A stretch of DNA of 64,000 nt from Pedobacter sp. (GCA_050253415.1 JBFWJC010000003.1:256001-320000), one strand, 5' to 3'. Positions 32,712 to 44,084 are shown, numbered from the stretch's first letter. Numbers and translations are program-made. The notes: generated by a model from the letters alone, not told the origin.

Positions 32712-34385
32712 ATGAAAGGCAAACGTAGCGAGGCCATTACTCAAGGTTTTGAAAGGGCACCTCATCGTGCGTTGCTTATGGGGACAGGTATTCCCCGTAA
32801 GGAATTGGATAAACCCTTAATCGGGATTGCAACTTCTTTTACCGATTTGATTCCCGGACATATAGGGATGCGCGATCTGGAGCGCTTTATTGAAAAAGGT
32901 GTTCACACCGGGGGAGGGTATTCCTTTCTGTTCGGTGTTCCCGGTGTCTGTGATGGCATCGCCATGGGGCACAAAGGGATGCATTACTCCCTTTCGACCA
33001 GGGAGTTGATTGCCGATATGGTCGAGTCTATTGCCGAAGCTCACCGCCTGGACGGTCTTGTTCTTCTAACCAACTGTGACAAGATCACCCCGGGAATGCT
33101 GATGGCTGCAGCGCGACTCGATATCCCCTGCATTGTTGTAACCGCCGGGCCTATGCTTACCGGTACCGGCCGTAGAGGGCGTCGCTATTCTTTTGTGACC
33201 GATACTTTTGAAGCGATGGCCCGTTTTAAGGCAGGTGAAATCGACGCCGAAGAATTGCATCGATGTGAAGATCGTGCGTGCCCTGGAGCAGGTTCCTGTC
33301 AGGGCTTGTTTACGGCCAACACCATGGCCATCCTTACCGAAACCCTGGGGATGAGTCTCATGGGTTGCGGTACGGCGCTGGCGGTGTCGTCCTTGAAACG
33401 TCAGCTTGCGTTCGCCTCCGGGGAACGTATTGTCGGCCTGGTTCGCGAGGGGATTACCCCGCGCCAGATTCTAACCCGTGAAGCCTTTGAAAACGCTATT
33501 CGTGTTGATCTTGCGCTTGGCGGTTCGAGCAATACAGTGCTGCATCTGTTGTCTATTGCCCATGAAGCGGAAGTCGATTTGCCGCTGGATTTGTTTGACA
33601 AACTCAGCCGCGAAACCCCGCAGATTGCTTCCATGAATCCCGGAGGCAAACACTTTATGGAAGATCTCGACGCCGCCGGTGGCGTGCCCGCGGTTCTCTA
33701 TCAACTGCGTGACTCTATTCATGATAATCCGACCCTCAACGGCGTTGGTATCAAGCGCATCATTGAAAGTGTCAGCGATGTGGACGAAACGGTTATACAC
33801 CCGATAACTGACCCGGTTCGTCCTGAAGGTGGGATTGCCATTCTTTCCGGGAACCTTGCTCCGGATGGTGCTGTGGTTAAACAATCCGGGGTTTCGGAAA
33901 AAATGATGCAGTTCGAAGGCACGGCCCGCTGCTTCAACTCCGAAGAAGAGGCCATGCAGGCCCTTATGGGGGGGGTTGTAAAAGCAGGTGATGTTGTGGT
34001 GATTCGCTACGAAGGGCCCAAAGGTGGGCCTGGCATGCGTGAGATGCTTGCACCGACAGCGACCATCATGGGTCTCGGCCTCGGCGATAGTGTTGCGTTG
34101 ATTACTGATGGGCGCTTTTCCGGGGGCACTCGTGGACCCTGTATCGGGCATGTATCGCCGGAAGCTGCGGTTGGCGGACCGATTGCTTTGGTCGAAGATG
34201 GTGACACCATTGTGCTGGATATCCCTTCCCGTCGACTGGTACTGAAGGTCTCCGATGAGGTCCTTGAAGAGCGTCGTCAGAGCTGGCAGGCTCCCGAGCC
34301 TAAAATCAAAAAAGGCTGGTTGTCCCGTTATGCCGCTGTCGTAACATCGGCCAATACAGGCGCGATCTGTCAGGCGCCCCGATAA
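32712..34385 (+). CDS. ilvD: Dihydroxy-acid dehydratase
   Basis: [26 protein letters not shown] and ITDGRFSG motifs. Confidence 0.98.
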   Translation: MKGKRSEAITQGFERAPHRALLMGTGIPRKELDKPLIGIATSFTDLIPGHIGMRDLERFIEKGVHTGGGYSFLFGVPGVCDGIAMGHKGMHYSLSTRELIADMVESIAEAHRLDGLVLLTNCDKITPGMLMAAARLDIPCIVVTAGPMLTGTGRRGRRYSFVTDTFEAMARFKAGEIDAEELHRCEDRACPGAGSCQGLFTANTMAILTETLGMSLMGCGTALAVSSLKRQLAFASGERIVGLVREGITPRQILTREAFENAIRVDLALGGSSNTVLHLLSIAHEAEVDLPLDLFDKLSRETPQIASMNPGGKHFMEDLDAAGGVPAVLYQLRDSIHDNPTLNGVGIKRIIESVSDVDETVIHPITDPVRPEGGIAILSGNLAPDGAVVKQSGVSEKMMQFEGTARCFNSEEEAMQALMGGVVKAGDVVVIRYEGPKGGPGMREMLAPTATIMGLGLGDSVALITDGRFSGGTRGPCIGHVSPEAAVGGPIALVEDGDTIVLDIPSRRLVLKVSDEVLEERRQSWQAPEPKIKKGWLSRYAAVVTSANTGAICQAPR

Positions 34386-34463
34386 CGAATGATATGTCCT
34401 GGCCGTCGCGATCTGGGCGGCCAGGTATTTATTGATGAAAGCTGGCTTGCGAGGAGGCTTGGC

Positions 34464-36161
34464 GTGAAAAGGACAGGATCTCAGATACTGCTTGAAAGCC
34501 TGTTGCTGGAAGGCGTGGATACCGTTTTCGGTTACCCCGGCGGCACGGTCATCAACATCTATAACGATTTGCCCGATTATCCCATTAAGCACATCCTTAC
34601 CCGGCATGAGCAGGCAGCCGTTCATGCGGCGGACGGATACGCCCGCGCGAGTGGCAAGGTAGGGGTTGCTATCGCTACCAGTGGTCCCGGCGCGACCAAC
34701 ACGGTGACAGGCATTGCTACCGCTTATATGGACTCCATTCCCATGGTGGTCATTACGGGGCAGGTGCCTACGCCACTGATTGGCAACGATGCTTTTCAGG
34801 AAGCGGACATCGTTGGGATGACACGCTCTATTACCAAGCATAATTATCTGGTTAAAGATGTTAAAGATCTTGCGCGCATCATTAAACAGGCCTTCTATAT
34901 CGCCCGGACCGGGCGGCCTGGACCCGTTCTTATCGATCTGCCCAAAGATGTTCAGATAGCCTCTACCAAATTCGTTTATCCCGACAGCGTCGAGTTGCGA
35001 GGTTATAAGCCAACCTATAGCGGCAACGTGCGTCAAGTCGAAAAAGCTGCGAAGATGATTCTGGCGGCACGTCGGCCGGTACTTTATGTCGGTGGTGGGG
35101 CCACGGCTTCTGATGCCGGACAGAATCTGATACAGTTCGCGGAACTTATCCAGGCACCTGTGGTGACGACTCTGATGGGGATGGCTGCGTTTCCCACCGC
35201 CCACCCTTTGTCCTTAGGTATGCTCGGCATGCACGGGACCTATTATGCCAACATGGCCGTTACGAACTCGGACCTGCTCATTGCCATCGGTGCCCGATTC
35301 GACGATCGAGTTACAGGGCGCATTGCTGCTTTTGCGCCCAAAGCCAAAATCATTCACATCGACATCGATCCTACATCCATCAAGAAAAATGTTCGGGTTG
35401 ACTTGCCTATTGTTGGTGAGTTGGGTGATGTGATTGAGAAAATCGGCAATAAATTGCGTGAGAACAAGGACCAGGTCGATGCTTTCCCCGAGCTCACCGC
35501 CCCATGGCGAAGCCAGGTTGCTGCCTGGCGGACCCAGTACCCCATGTCTTACAAGTCCAGTAGCTCTGTGATCAAGCCTCAGTATGTGATTGAGAAAATA
35601 CGTGAATTGACTGATGAGAGCGCCATCATTGCTACCGAAGTTGGTCAGCACCAGATGTGGACCGCACAATTTTTTAATTTTTGCAGTCCCCGAACCTTCT
35701 TGACCTCTGGTGGTCTTGGCACCATGGGTTTCGGTTTACCCGCTGCTTTGGGCGCTCAAGTCGCCTGTCCGGATCGTCAGGTCATCGATATCTCAGGCGA
35801 CGGCTCATTCCAGATGAACTCGCAGGAGCTGGCAACTTTGGTACAGTTCAAATTACCTGTCAAGATTGCTATTCTCAACAATAATTTCCTGGGAATGGTT
35901 CGTCAGTGGCAGGAGCTTTTTTTCGATCATCGATATAGCCAGACGCCCCTTGAATTGCCTATCGATTTTGTGAAATTAGCGGAAGCCTATGGTGCTACCG
36001 GTCTGCGGGCCAGCCGTCCCGACGAGGTCGAAGATGTTATTCGTAAGGCGCTTGCAACACCCGGACCCGTGTTGATGGAATTTAAAATTGATCGGGAAGA
36101 AAATGTCATGCCCATGGTACCAGCCGGGGCTGCAATCGATGAAATGGTTCTGGCTTCTTAG
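34464..36161 (+). CDS. ilvB: Acetolactate synthase large subunit
   Basis: FGYPGG, RHEQAA and GDGSFQMN motifs; GTG start after GAGGAGG. Confidence 0.97.
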   Translation: MKRTGSQILLESLLLEGVDTVFGYPGGTVINIYNDLPDYPIKHILTRHEQAAVHAADGYARASGKVGVAIATSGPGATNTVTGIATAYMDSIPMVVITGQVPTPLIGNDAFQEADIVGMTRSITKHNYLVKDVKDLARIIKQAFYIARTGRPGPVLIDLPKDVQIASTKFVYPDSVELRGYKPTYSGNVRQVEKAAKMILAARRPVLYVGGGATASDAGQNLIQFAELIQAPVVTTLMGMAAFPTAHPLSLGMLGMHGTYYANMAVTNSDLLIAIGARFDDRVTGRIAAFAPKAKIIHIDIDPTSIKKNVRVDLPIVGELGDVIEKIGNKLRENKDQVDAFPELTAPWRSQVAAWRTQYPMSYKSSSSVIKPQYVIEKIRELTDESAIIATEVGQHQMWTAQFFNFCSPRTFLTSGGLGTMGFGLPAALGAQVACPDRQVIDISGDGSFQMNSQELATLVQFKLPVKIAILNNNFLGMVRQWQELFFDHRYSQTPLELPIDFVKLAEAYGATGLRASRPDEVEDVIRKALATPGPVLMEFKIDREENVMPMVPAGAAIDEMVLAS

Positions 36162-36173
36162 GAGGTAGGTGTC

Positions 36174-36686
36174 ATGGTAAGCCATGAGGCAAAACACACG
36201 ATTTCCGTTCTGGTGGAAAACGAATTCGGGGTTCTCACACGTGTGGCCGGGCTGTTTTCCGGCCGCGGTTTCAATATTGAAAGTCTTTCCGTCGCCCCAA
36301 CCCTGGATGACAGTATTTCCCGTATGACTATAGTCACCAGCGGGGATGATCGTATTCTGGAACAGATTACCAAGCAACTTAATAAGTTGATCGACACTAT
36401 CAAGGTTGTCGATTTCACCGACAGTGAATACGTTGAGCGCGAGTTGGCCCTCATTAAAGTTCAGGCAACGGAAGATACACGGGCGGAAATATTAAGAATC
36501 GTTGATATTTTCAGGGGTAACGTGGTTGACGTTACGGCTCGTTCGTATACCATGGAAATCACTGGCGCACCAAGTAAGATACAGGCTGTAGTCGATCTTC
36601 TCAAGCCTATCGGTATTCAGGAACTGGTTCGCTCCGGGCCTGTTGTGCTTGGTCGAGGGGCCAAGGGTGTGTCTGATAAAGGCTGA
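36174..36686 (+). CDS. ilvN: Acetolactate synthase small subunit
   Basis: ACT domain ENEFGVLTRVAGLFSGRGFNIESL. Confidence 0.97.
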   Translation: MVSHEAKHTISVLVENEFGVLTRVAGLFSGRGFNIESLSVAPTLDDSISRMTIVTSGDDRILEQITKQLNKLIDTIKVVDFTDSEYVERELALIKVQATEDTRAEILRIVDIFRGNVVDVTARSYTMEITGAPSKIQAVVDLLKPIGIQELVRSGPVVLGRGAKGVSDKG

Positions 36687-36747
36687 TTTAGTCATCGCTT
36701 TGTTGAGATTTAAACAATAACCCAACTTGACTAGGGTTAGAACGGGC

Positions 36748-36771
36748 GGGAAGCCAAGCTTCCCTTTTTTT
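36748..36771 (+). terminator. Terminator after ilvN
   Basis: GGGAAGC-CAA-GCTTCCC-TTTTTTT. Confidence 0.7.
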
Positions 36772-36798
36772 CTGTATGACCCAGTAAGGAAACTGTTT

Positions 36799-37443
36799 AT
36801 GCGCAATCAGAACCAACCGGTCGCTGTCGAAGGTTACCCTTTTATCGGGTTGTTTGCTTTTATCACGCTCGTATTTGCGCTTCTGAGCTGGAGCCTGTGC
36901 ACGCTTTTGTTTCTTGGTCTGACCCTCTTTACCGCTTATTTCTTCCGCAACCCCGATCGCTTCAGTGATGCGGAAGAAGCCGCGGTTCTTGCTCCGGCCG
37001 ATGGTAAGGTTATTTATGTCGGGCCAGCACTGGAAGAGCGATATTTTAAATCAGAAGTAACTAAAATCAGCATATTCATGTCCGTATTCAATGTTCATGT
37101 GAATCGGGTGCCCATGTCCGGCAAGGTTGTTGACATGTTCTACAATAAAGGACAATTTTTCAACGCTGCCATGGACAAGGCCAGTCTGCATAATGAGCAG
37201 TCCGGGATGTTGCTTGAGAATGAATCCGGGCGTCAGATTCTGGTTGTTCAGATCGCAGGATTGATAGCAAGACGCATCGTAACCTATCCCGTCATTGGCG
37301 ACATTCTGCAGCGTGGTGCACGATACGGTCTGATTCGTTTTGGATCGCGTGTCGATATTTACCTGCCCGATGATGTCGATACCCAGGTCCGGGTAGGGGA
37401 GCGTGTTTGCTGTGGTGAAACGGTCCTGGCTTACCTGAAATAA
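36799..37443 (+). CDS. psd: Phosphatidylserine decarboxylase proenzyme (short type)
   Basis: FFRNPDR, APADG, NVHVNR and the self-cleavage motif RFGSRVD. Confidence 0.93.
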   Translation: MRNQNQPVAVEGYPFIGLFAFITLVFALLSWSLCTLLFLGLTLFTAYFFRNPDRFSDAEEAAVLAPADGKVIYVGPALEERYFKSEVTKISIFMSVFNVHVNRVPMSGKVVDMFYNKGQFFNAAMDKASLHNEQSGMLLENESGRQILVVQIAGLIARRIVTYPVIGDILQRGARYGLIRFGSRVDIYLPDDVDTQVRVGERVCCGETVLAYLK

Positions 37444-37732
37444 AACATAGTGGCCGCAAGACATCCGGAGCACGGATTGTAGACGGTTTTTTTCCTTGTC
37501 CTTGTTTGAGGTTGGGCGTCTACTGCGGTCAATTTATGCACATTGCTGCAGGACTATTCAAATAAGGTCTTTTGTATCGTTCAGGATGAGCTATTTCTGT
37601 ATAGGTAGTTTTAAGGCCGCCGAATTTCGTATTGTCCTATCGAAAAAATGCTATGGACCACCTTGTTGAAAGCCTTTACGCCTTGACAGTGGGGGTTTGA
37701 GTCTGTTTTATTAGGCGGAACGATGTAAATAA

Positions 37733-37965
37733 AGACTGGGAAGAGGAGTAGTAAGTCCTTAACTCGATTGGAGAGAGCCGGCGGATGGTGCGAGCCGGTA
37801 TCGAGCGGACTGAACTCGCCTTGGAGTTGCATGGTTGAAGCGACTAAGTCGTCTAGATCATGACGTGACCCTGCGTTAAAGGAAATTAAGGGCTCCTCTC
37901 GGAGCTGAAACAGGGTGGTACCGCGAAGCTAAGCTCTCGCCCCTGAAAGGGAGAGGGCTTTTTTT
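37733..37965 (+). ncRNA. T-box riboswitch, leucine specifier (CUC)
   Basis: Stem I with AGAGA and GGTGCGA motifs; specifier GAA-CTC-G (37815-17); T-box AGGGTGGTACCGCG (37912-25) with antiterminator partner CGCCCCT; terminator AAGCTCTC...GAGGGCTT plus T-run; TTGACA at 37683. Confidence 0.93.
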
Positions 37966-38020
37966 GTATGTTTCACACTGTTTAAGTTTTTTACCGTAGA
38001 GGAAGAGAGGGGGTGGTCAG

Positions 38021-38122
38021 ATGGAATCGGATCTAAGTGACCTGATGGTTTATCACCTGTTGGCATTACGAAACACTGTCCGAAAAACATTCATAATAAC
38101 GACTGCTCCCGGAATACGGTAA
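38021..38122 (+). CDS. Candidate 33-aa small ORF between the T-box and leuA
   Basis: MESDLSDLMVYHLLALRNTVRKTFIITTAPGIR*, preceded by SD-like AGGGGGTG with 5 nt spacing. Confidence 0.4.
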   Translation: MESDLSDLMVYHLLALRNTVRKTFIITTAPGIR

Positions 38123-38153
38123 TCGAGACGGGGCAATGATGGCCGGAGGTTAT

Positions 38154-39695
38154 ATGAAGAACATGAAAAGTATCAAGATTTTCGACACAACCTTGCGTGA
38201 TGGTGAGCAATCGCCCGGCGCCAGTATGAATATCGACGAAAAATTGCGTATTGCATTTCAGTTGGCCAAACTCAACGTCGATGTCATCGAAGCAGGATTT
38301 CCCATTGCTTCGGAAGGTGACTTTGAGGCGGTTAAACGTATTGCGCAAACCATTAAAGGTCCGCAGATCGCTGGGCTCTGTCGTGCAGCTGATAAAGATA
38401 TCGATTGTGCCTGGGAGGCGCTCAAGTATGCCGGGGACCGTGGGCGTATTCACACCTTCCTCGCCACCAGCGACATCCATATGAAGTACAAGCTCAAGAT
38501 GACCGAAGATCAGGTTGTCGAGACCGCTGTGGCCGCGATCAAGCGCGCCGCACGTTACACCGAAAACATCGAGTTCAGTGCGGAAGACGCTGCACGTACC
38601 CGTCCCGAATTTCTGGTTCGCGTTGTTGAGGCGGTTATCGCTGCCGGGGCCAAAGTTGTTAATATTCCCGATACGGTCGGGTATAGCATCCCCTCGGAAT
38701 TTGCTACTTTGATCCGGCATCTCAAAAACAATGTGTCCAATATGGACAAAGCTATCCTGTCGGTTCACTGCCACAACGATCTCGGGCTGGCGGTTGCCAA
38801 TTCGCTGGCCGCCGTCGAGGCTGGTGCCGAGCAGGTGGAATGTACCATCAACGGTATCGGCGAGCGCGCCGGCAACTGTGCGTTGGAAGAAGTTGTCATG
38901 ACTCTGCGGACCCGAGCTGACATCCTTCCTTTCAAAACCGATGTCGTTACCGAGCATATTTATGCCACCAGTAAGTTGTTGTCCACCATTACCGGTATTC
39001 AAGTGCAGCCCAATAAGGCGATTGTCGGAGCCAATGCGTTTGCTCATGAGGCAGGTATTCATCAGCATGGTGTGCTGATGGAAAAGTCGACGTATGAAAT
39101 CATGACCCCTGAGTCGGTTGGCTTAACCCAGAACAAGCTGGTGCTTGGAAAGCATTCCGGCCGACATGCCTTTGGCCAACGTCTTGAGCAATTGGGTTAT
39201 GCTTTGGGTAAAGAAGATCTGGATCGTGCTTTTGTACGTTTTAAGGCCTTGGCAGACCAGAAAAAAGATATCTTTGACGAAGATCTTGATGCCATTGTGG
39301 CGGATGAAATCATCCGAATTCCGGAACGGTACAAGCTGGTTCAGATGAACAGTAGTTCGGGGTCATTCGCTGCGCCGACCGCCACGGTCGAAATGGAAAT
39401 CGACGGTAAAATTAAAAAAGCAGCCATGATTGGTGGTGGTCCGGTGGATGCCACCTTTAAGACCATTAAGAAATTAACCAAAAGCAAGGCCAATCTGCTT
39501 AGCTTTACCGTTGGTGCTATCACCGGAGGAACCGATGCCCAGGGTGAGTGCACCGTGCGTCTGGAACTCGATGGTCGCGAGGTGCTTGGACAAGGTGCGC
39601 ATCCGGACATCGTCGTAGCCAGTGCCAAAGCTTATATCAATGCGCTTAATCGGTTGGCCACGATTGTAAAGAATCGTCCTTCGGCCCATTTTTAG
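38154..39695 (+). CDS. leuA: 2-isopropylmalate synthase
   Basis: [16 protein letters not shown] and GERAGN motifs; C-terminal regulatory domain. Confidence 0.97.
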   Translation: MKNMKSIKIFDTTLRDGEQSPGASMNIDEKLRIAFQLAKLNVDVIEAGFPIASEGDFEAVKRIAQTIKGPQIAGLCRAADKDIDCAWEALKYAGDRGRIHTFLATSDIHMKYKLKMTEDQVVETAVAAIKRAARYTENIEFSAEDAARTRPEFLVRVVEAVIAAGAKVVNIPDTVGYSIPSEFATLIRHLKNNVSNMDKAILSVHCHNDLGLAVANSLAAVEAGAEQVECTINGIGERAGNCALEEVVMTLRTRADILPFKTDVVTEHIYATSKLLSTITGIQVQPNKAIVGANAFAHEAGIHQHGVLMEKSTYEIMTPESVGLTQNKLVLGKHSGRHAFGQRLEQLGYALGKEDLDRAFVRFKALADQKKDIFDEDLDAIVADEIIRIPERYKLVQMNSSSGSFAAPTATVEMEIDGKIKKAAMIGGGPVDATFKTIKKLTKSKANLLSFTVGAITGGTDAQGECTVRLELDGREVLGQGAHPDIVVASAKAYINALNRLATIVKNRPSAHF

Positions 39696-39752
39696 TTTCG
39701 TAACGGGCCGGGTTTTCCGGTCCGATCTTTTCAAGGATTGTTGGAGTCATTT

Positions 39753-41033
39753 ATGGGACAGACTATCGCACAGAAAATATTCGCAGCGCATTTGCGTGAC
39801 GAACCTTTTCCGGGGACCTATGTTCTCGATCTGGATCGGGTTCTCTGCCATGAAATAACCACACCTGTCGCCATTGCTGATTTGGAATGGCGCGGTAAGG
39901 ATCGTGTTTTTGACCCACTGAAAATCAAGGCTGTTATCGACCATGTCACGCCAGCCAAAGATAGTAAAACCGCCATTCAGGGAAAAATCCTGCGTGACTG
40001 GGCAAACAGACATGGTATTCCCGATTTTTTTGATATCGGGCAGAATGGTGTCTGTCATGCCATTTTCCCGGAAAAAGGTTTCATCCGTCCCGGGTATACC
40101 GTGATCATGGGTGATAGCCACACCTGTACGCATGGCGCTTTTGGTGCTTTTGCGGCCGGTGTCGGGACCACCGACCTTGAGGTTGGTATCCTTAAGGGCG
40201 TATGCGCCTTTCGCAAGCCGCAAAGTATTCTGGTTAACATTACCGGTACCCTGTCGCAGCATGTCTATTCCAAAGATGTTATCCTGCATATCATCCATAC
40301 GCTTGGCGTCAATGGTGCCACCGATCACGTCCTCGAGTTTCGCGGGCCGGTTGTCGATGCCCTGTCCATGGATGCACGCATGACCTTGTCCAATATGGCC
40401 ATTGAAGCCGGTGGTACCTGTGGTATCTGTCTTCCGGACCAAGTGACAGTTGATTATCTCTGGCCCTTTATTTCTGAGGAGTATGCCTCCAAGGAAGCCG
40501 CGCTGGCCGATTTCCAAAAATGGCATTCCGATAGTGATGCCGAGTATGCCAGGGTTCTGGATATCGATGTCACCGACCTCGAGCCCCAGGTAACTTATGA
40601 CTATAAGCCAGATTGCGTAAAGCCGGCGCGTCAGATGCAAGGGACTCCTGTTGATCAAATCTATATCGGGACCTGTACCAATGGTCGTCTTGAAGATTTG
40701 CGGCAGGCTGCCGCTATTCTCAAGGGCCGCAAGCTGGCGCCCAATGTTCGTGGAATCTTGTCTCCTGCCTCGCCGAAAATTTTCCGCGAGGCTATGGATG
40801 AAGGTCTGCTTGCTATTTTTATGGATGCTGGTTTTTGCGTTACCAACCCAACCTGCGGTGCGTGTCTCGGTATGAGTTCCGGCGTTCTTGCTCCGGGGGA
40901 ATCCTGTGCCGCGACCAGTAACCGAAACTTTCAGGGGCGCATGGGGCAAGGCGGAATGGTGTATCTTATGAGTCCATCCACGGCTGCCGCTTCTGGTATC
41001 ACTGGTACCATTACCGATCCGCGCGATCTGTAG
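39753..41033 (+). CDS. leuC: 3-isopropylmalate dehydratase large subunit (short, type-2-like)
   Basis: DSHTCTHGA, GTCTNGR and CGACLG Fe-S ligand motifs. Confidence 0.94.
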   Translation: MGQTIAQKIFAAHLRDEPFPGTYVLDLDRVLCHEITTPVAIADLEWRGKDRVFDPLKIKAVIDHVTPAKDSKTAIQGKILRDWANRHGIPDFFDIGQNGVCHAIFPEKGFIRPGYTVIMGDSHTCTHGAFGAFAAGVGTTDLEVGILKGVCAFRKPQSILVNITGTLSQHVYSKDVILHIIHTLGVNGATDHVLEFRGPVVDALSMDARMTLSNMAIEAGGTCGICLPDQVTVDYLWPFISEEYASKEAALADFQKWHSDSDAEYARVLDIDVTDLEPQVTYDYKPDCVKPARQMQGTPVDQIYIGTCTNGRLEDLRQAAAILKGRKLAPNVRGILSPASPKIFREAMDEGLLAIFMDAGFCVTNPTCGACLGMSSGVLAPGESCAATSNRNFQGRMGQGGMVYLMSPSTAAASGITGTITDPRDL

Positions 41034-41072
41034 GGTCTCCACGGTTTATATGAGGAAGGAGCAATAAAACCC

Positions 41073-41603
41073 ATGAAAAGAACATTTGGAGGTCCGGTTG
41101 TTTTTCTTGACCGGTCTGATATTAATACCGACGAAATCATTCCGGCGCGTTATCTCACCGAAGTCACCAAGGATGCTCTCAAGCCGTTTTTGCTTGAGGA
41201 TTTGAAATTGGAAGGTTTTGACCCGGCAGGAGAGGCGTTACGCAAGGCCAAGGTTATCGTTACCCGCAAGAATTTCGGTTGCGGATCTTCACGCGAACAT
41301 GCTCCCTGGTCGCTTGAGGTTAATGATATTTATACCGTAATCGCCGAGAGCTATGCGCGTATTTTCCGGCAGAACATGTTCAATTGCGGTATGTTGGCTA
41401 TTGAATTACCTGCCGCCGATATCGACCGCATAATGGCGCTGTCCGAAAAAGGCGAGGTCGAAATCGAGGTGGATCTCCAGGGGCATCAGGTTAAAGCTTC
41501 GGCAGGTGAAAATGCCGAGGTGTTTACGTTTGAGATCAGTCCTTTCGATCAGGCGCTCGTTGAGGCGGGCGGTTGGGTCGAGTTCGCTGACCAACGTTAT
41601 TGA
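41073..41603 (+). CDS. leuD: 3-isopropylmalate dehydratase small subunit
   Basis: DINTDEIIP and NFGCGSSREHA motifs. Confidence 0.95.
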   Translation: MKRTFGGPVVFLDRSDINTDEIIPARYLTEVTKDALKPFLLEDLKLEGFDPAGEALRKAKVIVTRKNFGCGSSREHAPWSLEVNDIYTVIAESYARIFRQNMFNCGMLAIELPAADIDRIMALSEKGEVEIEVDLQGHQVKASAGENAEVFTFEISPFDQALVEAGGWVEFADQRY

Positions 41604-41610
41604 GGATTCT

Positions 41611-41640
41611 GCGACCGGGCGAGAAGCCCGGTCGTTTTTT
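41611..41640 (+). terminator. Terminator after leuD
   Basis: GCGACCGGGC-GAGAA-GCCCGGTCGT-TTTTT. Confidence 0.8.
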
Positions 41641-41726
41641 GTGGCACGTGTGCCAAAAAGCGCACACAAGCATGTGTCACGCATGTCTCGATTGCGTCAT
41701 TCTGAATCTTTCCGAGGGAAAAAAGT

Positions 41727-41756
41727 TTGACAATTTTCCGGGTCAGTTTCTATCAT
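41727..41756 (+). promoter_or_regulatory. Putative sigma70 promoter for leuB-asd
   Basis: TTGACA, 18 bp, TATCAT. Confidence 0.65.
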
Positions 41757-41829
41757 GGCGACGGTCGAAAAACATTGAACCTTCGACTTTTTGCGGCACC
41801 TGGCCGTAACCGTAAGGAGAAATTCCGAA

Positions 41830-42927
41830 ATGAAGAAAGAATTCAAATTAGCTGTTCTGCCCGGAGACGGTATCGGTCCTGAAGTTGTTGCAGAGGCCCT
41901 TAAAGTCCTGGATGCCGTTGAGCAGAAATTTCAGGTTAGTTTTGCACGTCAATTTGCAAATGTCGGTGGTGCTGCCATCGATCTGGATGGCAAGGCGTTG
42001 CCGGATGCCACCGTTGAAATCTGCAAAGCGTCGGATGCCATTTTGTTCGGAAGCGTTGGCGGGCCCAAGTGGGACACCCTTCCGGCAGATGAGCGTCCGG
42101 AGCGTGGCGCTCTGCTGCCGTTGCGTCGTATTTTCGGCCTGTTCTGTAATTTTCGACCCGCTATCGTATTTCCCGCGCTGACTTCGGCTTCGTCGCTCAA
42201 GGAAGAAGTTATTGCTGGAGGTTTTGATATCCTGGTTGTGCGCGAACTGACCGGCGATGTCTATTTTGCCCAACCCAAGGGTATTGAAGGCGAAGGCGTC
42301 CAACGTCGCGGCTACGACACCATGGCTTACACCGATGCTGAGGTTGAGCGCATCGCGCGGGTGGCCTTTGAGGCCGCGCGTAAACGCAATAAAAACCTTA
42401 TTTCCATCGACAAGGCCAATGTTCTGTCCACTTCCATATTGTGGCGCGAAGTGGTGGAGCGTGTTTCTGCCGACTATCCCGATGTTCGGTTGAGCCATAT
42501 GTATGTCGACAACGCCGCTATGCAATTGGTCAAAGCGCCCAAGCAGTTTGATGTCATGCTTTGCCCCAACTTGTTTGGTGACATCCTGTCCGACGAAGCC
42601 GCCATGCTGACCGGTTCTCTCGGCATGTTACCTTCCGCCTCGCTTGCCGAAGGCAGCTTCGGCATGTACGAGCCGGCCGGCGGCAGCGCTCCCGATATCG
42701 CAGGGAAAAATATCGCCAATCCTATTGCCCAGATTCTTTCTGCCGCTATGTTGCTTCGCTATTCCTGCGGGCTTAACGATGCGGCTGATGCGATCGAAAA
42801 AGCTGTCGAAAATTGCCTGGCGGCAGGGTTGCGGACACAGGATATTTTCCAGGGTATTGCAGGTGAGAAGTTGGTTTCCACCAGCGCCATGGGGGATGCT
42901 ATCGTCGCGGAGCTTGCAAAAGGTTAA
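41830..42927 (+). CDS. leuB: 3-isopropylmalate dehydrogenase
   Basis: [24 protein letters not shown] and GSAPDIAGK motifs. Confidence 0.97.
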   Translation: MKKEFKLAVLPGDGIGPEVVAEALKVLDAVEQKFQVSFARQFANVGGAAIDLDGKALPDATVEICKASDAILFGSVGGPKWDTLPADERPERGALLPLRRIFGLFCNFRPAIVFPALTSASSLKEEVIAGGFDILVVRELTGDVYFAQPKGIEGEGVQRRGYDTMAYTDAEVERIARVAFEAARKRNKNLISIDKANVLSTSILWREVVERVSADYPDVRLSHMYVDNAAMQLVKAPKQFDVMLCPNLFGDILSDEAAMLTGSLGMLPSASLAEGSFGMYEPAGGSAPDIAGKNIANPIAQILSAAMLLRYSCGLNDAADAIEKAVENCLAAGLRTQDIFQGIAGEKLVSTSAMGDAIVAELAKG

Positions 42928-42999
42928 GAATATAGGGATCGGAGCAGGTCCGGTCCTATGACTCAATATCGTTGAGATCCAAAGTGGAAGGAATCATCC

Positions 43000-44019
43000 A
43001 TGTCCAAGTTGTTTAATGTTGCGATTGTCGGGGCCACCGGCGCCGTTGGAAATCAGATGCTTGAAATACTGGAAGAGCGTAATTTCCCCATCAAGGAATT
43101 GCGTCTGCTGGCTTCTGAACGTTCTGAAGGCAAGTTTCTTGAATTCAAGGGCGAGCAACTTGTAGTGCAGAAGCTTGGCAGGGACTCCTTCAAAGGGATC
43201 GATATTGCCCTGTTCAGTGCTGGCGGATCCCGCAGCGAAGAATTTTGTCCCATAGCTGCTGCAGCCGATGCAGTTTGTGTTGATAATTCAAGCGCATGGC
43301 GCATGGATCCTGACGTGCCTCTGGTGGTTCCCGAGGTTAATCCGGCGGATGTTGCGTTGTACACCAGTAAGGGTATTATCGCAAACCCCAACTGTTCCAC
43401 CATCCAGATGATGGTAGCCTTGAAACCGCTGCACGATTATGCGAAAATCAAGCGGATTGTCGTTTCCACTTATCAAGCGGTTTCCGGCACGGGGCTGAAT
43501 GCTATTGACGAGTTGCGTATTCAAACTGGTGAATTGCTCAACGGCCGTCCTGCAGAGTGCAAGGTCTATCCGCATCAGATCGCTTTCAACTGCCTGCCTC
43601 ACATTGACGTCTTCCTTGACAATGGCTACACAAAAGAAGAAATGAAGATGGTCAATGAGACAAGGAAGATTATGGGTGATGCTTCCATACGTGTTACGGC
43701 AACGACCGTGCGCGTACCGGTTTTTTACAGCCACAGTGAAGCCGTCAATATTGAAACCGAAAAGCCCTTGTCGGCTGTTAAGGCTCGCGAGTTGCTGGCC
43801 GCAGCCCCCGGGGTAAAAGTTGTGGATGATGTGGCAACTCTTACTTATCCGACAGCTATCGACGCAGCCGGGCAGGATCTGACCTACGTCGGTCGTATCC
43901 GTGAAGACGAGTCCATAGATAACGGTTTGAATCTTTGGGTTGTTGCGGATAATCTGCGTAAAGGTGCGGCAACCAATGCTGTGCAGATTGCAGAATTGCT
44001 GGCCGCCAAGTATTTGTAA
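43000..44019 (+). CDS. asd: Aspartate-semialdehyde dehydrogenase
   Basis: GATGAVG, ANPNCST and DNLRKGAATNAVQ motifs. Confidence 0.97.
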   Translation: MSKLFNVAIVGATGAVGNQMLEILEERNFPIKELRLLASERSEGKFLEFKGEQLVVQKLGRDSFKGIDIALFSAGGSRSEEFCPIAAAADAVCVDNSSAWRMDPDVPLVVPEVNPADVALYTSKGIIANPNCSTIQMMVALKPLHDYAKIKRIVVSTYQAVSGTGLNAIDELRIQTGELLNGRPAECKVYPHQIAFNCLPHIDVFLDNGYTKEEMKMVNETRKIMGDASIRVTATTVRVPVFYSHSEAVNIETEKPLSAVKARELLAAAPGVKVVDDVATLTYPTAIDAAGQDLTYVGRIREDESIDNGLNLWVVADNLRKGAATNAVQIAELLAAKYL

Positions 44020-44040
44020 TCTTAAATCAATGTTGAAGTT

Positions 44041-44069
44041 CAAAAAGGGGGCCAATTGGTCCCCTTTTG
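44041..44069. terminator. Terminator after asd
   Basis: CAAAAAGGGGGCC-AATT-GGTCCCCTTTTG. Confidence 0.75.
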
Positions 44070-44084
44070 TCTTTGGTGGGGGTT

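Noticed and set aside
33471..35204. 577-aa minus-strand ORF
   Set aside because: Antisense to ilvD/ilvB with no protein-like motifs. The same applies to 38091-39068, 39747-41042 and 59425-60390.
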